Assembly: GCA_033442325.1 (NCBI GenBank)
Contig: JAWQFM010000006.1
Coordinates: forward strand, 1,441,124 to 1,505,123
DNA: 64,000 nt
Source of the DNA: Salpingoeca rosetta
Taxonomy: Eukaryota > Protista > Choanoflagellata
Direction: 5' to 3'
Position 1 is the first letter of the stretch, and each line of letters opens with the position of its first letter. The notes beneath the pieces are model-generated. The model was not told the DNA's origin. It ran no database searches and saw only the letters and a list, made by a program, of their open reading frames with translations. The position numbers were made by a program, and so were the translations under genes. Shown piece after piece: positions 48,635 through 64,000 of the stretch.

Positions 48635-51111
48635 CTTGCATTGTATCCCCCATCTCACAGTGTCTGCCGTACTGCTGTCACAAATGTAGAACATCCGACA
48701 AAAGCGTGCAACAGTCACGGCTTCGTACACATGCAACAGTGCATGCAACGCGGGCTGTGACGGGTGAGTTACATACCGCTGCTTTGCTTGATGAACACGT
48801 TGCACTTTGCGTGGGCGGCCTCGCGCACTGATTCTCATCTTTGCCCATGCGGATTAACCTTCGTTGTGTGCTCTCTTTGTGGTGTGCAGGCAATCATGCA
48901 CCGGCTGCGATGACTCGTGTAACACCCTCTGTGATGACACGTGCTCGAGCTGCGACACAGGCTGCGACATTTGCTACGGCCAATCGTACGTGTGCTTGTC
49001 ATGATTGCTGACACCCCCTCGATGAGTGACGGTTCACTGTTACTTATGATGATCGGCTGTTTCTCATCCCGTTATCCCCTGTGCTTCTTTCTGTTCATGG
49101 CTTGCAGATGCAGCAGCTGTGATCTGGCTTGCAACACAGGGTGTAACGCAGGCTGCGATGGGTGTGACCTCTACCAATGCAACTCGTCAGTACAGTGGCT
49201 TGAAGCCTGGTCGATTGTGTGTATGTGTGTGTGTGCGTGTGTGTATGTGTATATCTAACTGTGTTGCTGCTTCCCTCTCGTGCATTCACTCATACGAATC
49301 TGCGCATCATCGGCTTTCAATTCTCAGTGGGTGCGACTCCAGTTGCGGAACTTTGTGGTGGGACTGCGTCAGCAGCTGCGATGAAAACTGTGGATGGAGT
49401 ACGTACCGTTGCTGCGCCTGATACTGCTCACTCGTCCTGCTTGTTTCTCGTTTTCGCATGCCTCTCACAGCATAGAGGCACAGAGTCACATCCACCAGCT
49501 TGTCTGCAGTCCACAAACATTCACAAGCCAAACTTCAGCTCGCATTCACAGCCACACACACGCACACGCACACACACACACGCAGCCACGCACACACGCA
49601 CACGCACACACGCACACACGCACACACACGCACCGCCGCTCACTCATCATTCTCGCTTCCACAAAAATGTGTCGCCATGCTTCCTTCCAATGTTCCATGC
49701 AACAGCGAGCTGTGATTACAGTTGTGATGACTCTTGTGACACCGGTCAGTATCAGTGATGTGATGTATGACACAGCATGGGTGTCGCTGTATTCATGCTG
49801 CTCGGCCTAATGCCATATCTGCCACTGTTGACTTGTCATTCACATGCAAATGCTTGCCGTTGTTCACAAACAGGCTGCACGCAAGGCTGCGATAACTGCA
49901 TCGCGACGAATTGCACCGGCAGCTGCGATGACTCTTGCGATGGACCATGCAACACGTAAACACTTGGTGTTTGGGTCTGTGCTGGATATGATTCTGCCTC
50001 TGAACCCCTTCTCGCGCTTCCACGCAACTCATTGAATGCTCGTTTCTTGGCGTGCGCAGGGGTTGTGATGGCAGCTGCAACACTGGCTGCGACCAGTGCG
50101 TAGGCATCAGCTGCGATGACTCGTGTGATGGCACGTGCTCGTGCAACCCCGGCTTTTACGGGAATGGCACATCATGCACTGCTTGTCCATCCAGCAAGTA
50201 CAGCGCCAGCAGTAACCAAACAACGTGCTCTCCGTGCGCGTCGTGCCCCGTTGGCAAGTATCGCTTTGGGTGTGGCGGGTCAAGTCCTGGCTCGTGCCTG
50301 GGCGTGGCTTGCTCATCCCCAGTCATCGAGCATGCTGTGTTGAGCGTCAACTCTACCCGATATCCTGCCACCGCAATCGTGTCATGCGAAGAAGGATATA
50401 AGCTGATTGGGGCTTCGTCATTGACGTGCCGAGCAGACGGCAGCTGGGGGAAGTTGCCATCATGTTTGTCACTGGGTGCAACGCCCACATCATCAGCAGC
50501 ATCATCAGCAAGTGCAGAACCGATGACAACAACGACATTGACGAGCACCACCATGATCGTGGTGCCTGCTGGTTCATTTGATCTCCAATACCCAGATGAC
50601 AAGCCAGCCTTCCGTGTCGTATTCTCCAAGGTGAAGGTCATCATTGGCGACATTGAGTACGCAGCATGCTCTGTGGGCTCGTCGGACAAGGACTGCTCCC
50701 AGGGCGAATTCGTCATCAGCTCCAAAGCAAGCGATGAAAGAATGGTGCAGGTCACCTGGCGTCCCACGGACCCGAGGCAGACGCAGCGCCTCAACGGTCT
50801 TGTCTTCCACCTGAGTGGTGGCTCCATCAGCGTCGTCACCGTTCTGAACTCGTTCCCCAACGTGTCGGCGATGGTTGGGTTTTCAGCCGACGCCATCGTC
50901 TCAAACGCCGCTACTTCTTTCCACTGCACACGTTTGCTCCTCACTGACACTTCCGCCAAATCAACCGACCAGCTCGTCTTCTTTGACCTGCACATCCAAG
51001 CCGGGATTGCACCAGCTGCTGAGGGCAGCTTCTCTCGCACTACACAATGTGAAGAGCTCCCACCTCCAGCTTCAGCACAAGCAACAACAACAACAACAAC
51101 AACAACAACTG

Positions 51112-51144
<33 letters not shown>

Positions 51145-51228
51145 CTTCTGCAACAGCAACAACAACAACAACTGAAACAACAACTTCTGCAACAACAACA
51201 ACCACAACAACAACAACTTCTGCAACAG

Positions 51229-51259
<31 letters not shown>

Positions 51260-51262
51260 TGC

Positions 51263-51300
<38 letters not shown>

Positions 51301-52428
51301 CTGAAACAACAACTTCTGCAACAACAACAACCACAACAACAACAACAACAACAACTGAAACAACAACTTCTGCAACAACAACAACCACAACAACAACAAC
51401 AACCACAACAACAACAACTTCTGCAACAGCAACAACATCAACAACAACAACAACATCTGCAACAACAACAACAACAACAACAACAGCCAATATCTCCACG
51501 AGCGCTGCAAATCCGAGCCAAACTAGCAACGCAAGGTTGGAGAGCTTGTGTACAGGTACATATGTGCTGTTGTGGATTTTGAGCATCTCTGTGACGAATC
51601 GTTGTTCACACCTGACTTCCCTTTCTGCCATTCTTGTCTGCGAAACGCAGCTCGTCCATATCATGGAAGCTTGCATTTGGCTTGGTTGCAGGCGTCCTGG
51701 GCATTGTATTTGTAGTTGCGATAGTGGTTTTGCGTCGAAGGCGTGGAGGACGCGTCTCACTTCAGACCAATGTGTGACACCAGCTCCTGTTGCGTAAATG
51801 TGTGTTTGTGTGTTTGGGTGACCACGGCCACTATTCTTCCCAACCCTTGCTAGCGATTCTCACACCGGTTGATTTGTCGCGAATTCCCTGCGTGCGTGTG
51901 CTTGAATTACAACAGCAACATCAGCAGCAACACCAGGCGGACGTTCGTGGGCCACGAACAGGTATGCTTGACCACCCTGCACACTGCTTTGTCATACTCA
52001 CTGACGTGTTGTTGATTGTGCTAGCCCAACATGTCATCAAACTTCTGACTTTCGTTTGCACGCACGTGCCTAATTTGGTCATGCTGTCTTGTGCGCTAGG
52101 GTTGAGTCTGTATGAGAATCCAACCTTCGGCGTCGGAGATGCTGGGACAGATGAATCCGATGAGGCCGGTGCCCCAACATACGATACAATCGAGTTTGCT
52201 GGATCAGACCCAGACTACGATAACCTGGAACCTGAGCACACACTTGCCTCCACAATAGGCCTCGGGCTTCCGCCTCCCATTCATGCACCACGTGCTTCGT
52301 CGCCTGACCCAGTCTACGAAGAAGTTTGTGATCATCTCGCCAGTGGCAGCAGGGCTGTTTCGGTGTCCGAACCTGGTGCTCGCCCAAAACACGTGTGGAG
52401 TACCAATGACTATGATATGACAGGCTGA
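46645..52428 (+). CDS. Type I membrane protein: signal peptide, JmjC (Cupin_4/ROX-like) domain, RQKR site, C[D/N]xx repeats, EGF/TNFR-like, sushi, unknown domain, Thr-rich stalk, TM, Tyr-motif tail
   Basis: Twelve phase-compatible GT-AG exons: 46645-47046, 47337-48536, 48690-48763, 48890-48985, 49108-49185, 49328-49398, 49706-49744, 49874-49955, 50060-51535, 51651-51771, 51916-51961, 52100-52428. JmjC motifs PHTDPYDVLVIQLHGSKRW and TLRAGDTMYMPKGIIHFA...HLTISL; TM LAFGLVAGVLGIVFVVAIVVL followed by RRRR. Confidence 0.82.
51082..51486 (+). repeat. Coding (ACA)n-derived Thr-rich mucin-like stalk
   Basis: TTTT...ETTTSATTT repeats in frame in exon 9 of the JmjC receptor. Confidence 0.85.
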
Positions 52429-53010
52429 TGAAGCATGCAGAGATTCAAAGAAGCTCCAGGCCGCCGAGACAGAGATATTGTTGAGTGTGTGTTGCCTTCT
52501 TTTACGATACTGGATGAGTGACGGTTTGCTTGCTTTTGATCACACAGTATGTTGTCCTTGCGCTTCTGTTTCCAGATTTCTAGCGTGTGTGCGATGGCGA
52601 ACATTATATAGTTCTCTCTCTCTCTCTCTCTCTTCAGCGCCTTTATCAGTTTATTTCACCCTCAACTCGTTCACCTTGCGTTGCTCTTCGTATTTCCTCA
52701 TTTCGTTGATGTTCCCACTCCTCACCCATCTCATGCCGCCTGTAGACGATTTGCAAGTTATTCATGTCACAACACCCTGCGCGTGCGCCCCCCCCCCCCA
52801 AAAAAAAATCATTGTTCGATTTGTTCCACTCCCTTGCCTTTCCTTCCGTCTTTCCTTCCTTGCTTTCTTTCCATTTTCCCTGCGCTGTATGTACTTCGAA
52901 CGAACCAGCAAGCGCGAACGAAACGAACGCCCGCAAGTTGATACTTTGATACCCCCCATACACAGCACACACACAACACGCCTCTCGCATGTACGAACAT
53001 CATCCTCACA

Positions 53011-53079
<69 letters not shown>

Positions 53080-53580
53080 CACAGCATCATCATGGATGAG
53101 AGCCTGCACATTACACGGCACTGGCCAATCGTGACGATGCCCATAGTGTATGTAGTGATGATGATGATGTTTGGTGGTGGTGTGAAGGTGAAAATGTGAA
53201 TTGTCAACGTCAACGAGTGCTGTAGTGTGTAACCTCCTTCGAGTGTGCTTTTTTTCATGACGGCCACAATCAGCGCTTACGCCCTCTGCATAGCAAGCCG
53301 CACCACCCCTACATCACCGTCATGGCGCTCATAGGATCAATCATCCTATCATCGCTTGCTGACAACTCTTCATCAGCATCACAACTGCCTCGCAACAACG
53401 CTCACGGACCTTGAAGCTCCTCCTCAACTCTTCTCGCTTCAAGCAGCATAAACAGTAGTTGGCGACGTGTCCGCTTCCAACCACCCCACCACACGCCATT
53501 CAACATCAACACCACCCCACTTCACCTCTCACTCTCACTCACACACACACACACTCACGTCGAGTGCATCGACGATTGTT

Positions 53581-61919
<8,339 letters not shown>

Positions 61920-62225
61920 ACACGTGGCAAACTGCAGGCCATGCACATGCACACATGATGTGAGCGCACGACAACCACACATGCACGAACACATGCACAC
62001 ACGTACACGAGTACGAGTGCACTCATTCCCAACAACAACGCCAAATCCTGTTTGCGACAGCACAAAATTCACGCCCGCGTTGAAAGTGTCAATTTTGACA
62101 GGTTGCGTCCTGCCGCGAAAATTTCGAACAGCAGCAAACAACCACCATCAACACCACATCCACAAACACACACCACGACATCCACATCCACACACAACCA
62201 CCTCTGTCGACCACATACATCCATC

Positions 62226-62627
62226 ATGGCTGACGTGTCGACGCCTGCGCCAAAGAGGGACCGTCGCCGAGTGAGCATTGTGGCTCACCGTCGCGCTCTT
62301 GGATCACCGCGATCGCCCATGACGCCAGGGGCCAAGTTCCGTGGCAACAACGACAAGCTGGAGAAGCTTGCTCGTCGCCGCTCCATGGCCATGCAAGTGG
62401 CAGAGAAGAAGATGAACACCAGCCCCTTCAAAGCACCGCCTCCAAACAACCTCCGGTGTGTGTGTGCGTGTGTGTGTGTGCGTGTGTTTGATTGTGAAGT
62501 CGTTTCGTAGCCGTGGTGTGGAGTTGTGTTGTTGCATGTGTCTGTTGATGTGTGCGTATTTGTCGACGTGGGTGATTGTTGTACTTCCTGTTGTGCATAA
62601 ACTCTTCTTTCTCCCATAGCACCTTGC

Positions 62628-62673
<46 letters not shown>

Positions 62674-63311
62674 GCACACACACGCACGCACACACACACA
62701 CACACACGCACACACACACACATTCACACACACACATTCACACACACACACACACACGCACACACACACATTCACACACATACCCTTCCGTCATCAAAAC
62801 AGCGCGGGGGTGCCGCCAAAACCAAACCAAACTGCACAGGTTGCCTCGGGCATGAGTGCCAGCCAACTGACAGACTTGTACGCCAATTGCATCAAGATGT
62901 GCAGCGAGAACGTGAGTTTTGGTCTTGACCACGAATGCAATCGCAAGCACTTGCGTGCATGCTCTTGTTTGTATTTGCGTTTCTGCACACATCTGCTGTT
63001 CTTGTCGGTTTCACGTGGAACTGAAACATGCCTCGCGCTCGTCATCTCGCCCGACATAACACTTGTTTCTGCTGCCTTTCGTTCACGTGCGCACACTCCT
63101 GCGTTGAGACAGAAAATCAACCAAAAGAACTCCTGGGAGCTGCCACTCATCGACTACATCACAGATGTCATGTCTGCACGCCCGGGCGAGCTGACCAACT
63201 TTCAGGTCGGTATGATGTATGCGATCGAGGAGTGTATGTGAGTGTGTGAATGAGCGTGTGTGTGGGTGTGCGAGTGTGCGAGTGTGCGAGTGTGCGAGCG
63301 CGTGTGAGTGA

Positions 63312-63343
<32 letters not shown>

Positions 63344-64000
63344 GTGTGAGTGTGTGAGTGTGTGTGCAAGTGTGTGTGATTGATTGGGTACGTGAGTAAG
63401 CGAGCAACATATTTGCTGGTGTTTGTGCGAGCCCCATCTTGCTGGACCTGTGTGCGTTGCGTCGCTGTACCGCATCACCGCACCTTCATTCATCGTCGTT
63501 GCTGCGATAACTTTGCTCAGATGGCCAGTGTGACGCTGGACGCAAGCGTGAAGATCTACTCTTGCCGTGTCGACTCCATCCATTCAGAGGCGTACAAGGT
63601 CCTGGGCGGCATCAGCCGTTCCGATAAGAAGGCAGGGGCCCTCACGGACAACCATGACGACGACGAAGACGATGACGAGAATGGCGGGAAGAAGAAGCGC
63701 AAGCGCCGCGTGAGTTGGTTGTCAACTTGCTGCACTCATTTGCTTGTGTGTAGACTGGTGTGCGTACATATTTGCGTTTTGTGTATCTGAATCTGTGTGT
63801 GTATGTGAATCTGTGTGTGCATGTGCGTGCGTGTTTGCGGTTGTGACTGATATTGTAGGCCTGTTATTTCCCTTCGTCTTGTCTGAAGCACTGGGTTGCC
63901 CATGTACCTCCTTTCTCTCATCCTCTATATGTAACTTTTGGTGCTCCATGAATGATGCTTTCACCATCAACCCTTGTGAAAATGTCAGGCCCGCGCCGTC
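62226..64000 (+). CDS. NCAPH: Condensin I kleisin subunit (CAP-H/Barren/Cnd2), 5' part
   Basis: [15 protein letters not shown]|[15 protein letters not shown]...TNFQ|[31 protein letters not shown] is the conserved Cnd2 N-terminal block; the N-terminus carries S/TP sites. Confidence 0.93.

Noticed and set aside
50156-51760. Long antisense ORFs (e.g. 534 aa poly-Val here; also 43359-44324 and 60990-62141)
   Set aside because: Shadows of GC-rich or repetitive coding exons on the opposite strand.
52430-53580. Intergenic region checked for RNA genes or a transposon
   Set aside because: No tRNA/rRNA-like structure, terminal repeats or transposase/RT motifs were recognised here or elsewhere in the window.

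Overview
Intron-rich, GC-rich eukaryotic DNA with (GT)n/(CA)n/(TTG)n microsatellites in most introns and five N-gaps. Gene content (receptor tyrosine kinase, Shank, ciliary genes) and composition point to a choanoflagellate, most likely Salpingoeca rosetta (inference). Most of the six-frame ORF track is microsatellite noise, so gene models were rebuilt by hand from GT-AG exons. In order: a partial Tudor-like gene (-), secreted RNase T2 (+), a PCTAIRE/PFTAIRE-type CDK (-, partial), SMN (+), a WDCP-like WD/coiled-coil protein (-), an LRR/LDLa receptor tyrosine kinase (+), a Kelch-ectodomain receptor TKL kinase (-), a truncated MORN5 (-) head-to-head with CFAP69 (+, followed by a partial duplicate), Shank with WH2 motifs (+), a large receptor-like protein at 46.6-52.4 kb (+), a USP19-like deubiquitinase (+) and the 5' part of condensin NCAPH (+). 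The standout is the 46.6-52.4 kb gene, predicted to be a type I membrane protein. Its ectodomain starts with an apparently intact ribosomal-oxygenase-type JmjC (Fe/2OG) domain. An RQKR furin-type site follows, then about 39 short Cys units mostly of the form C-[D/N]-x-x, EGF/TNFR-like and sushi modules, and a Thr-rich stalk. After the TM helix comes a Tyr-motif-rich tail. This suggests a secretory-pathway hydroxylase fused to a candidate substrate on a signalling receptor; the function is a hypothesis.
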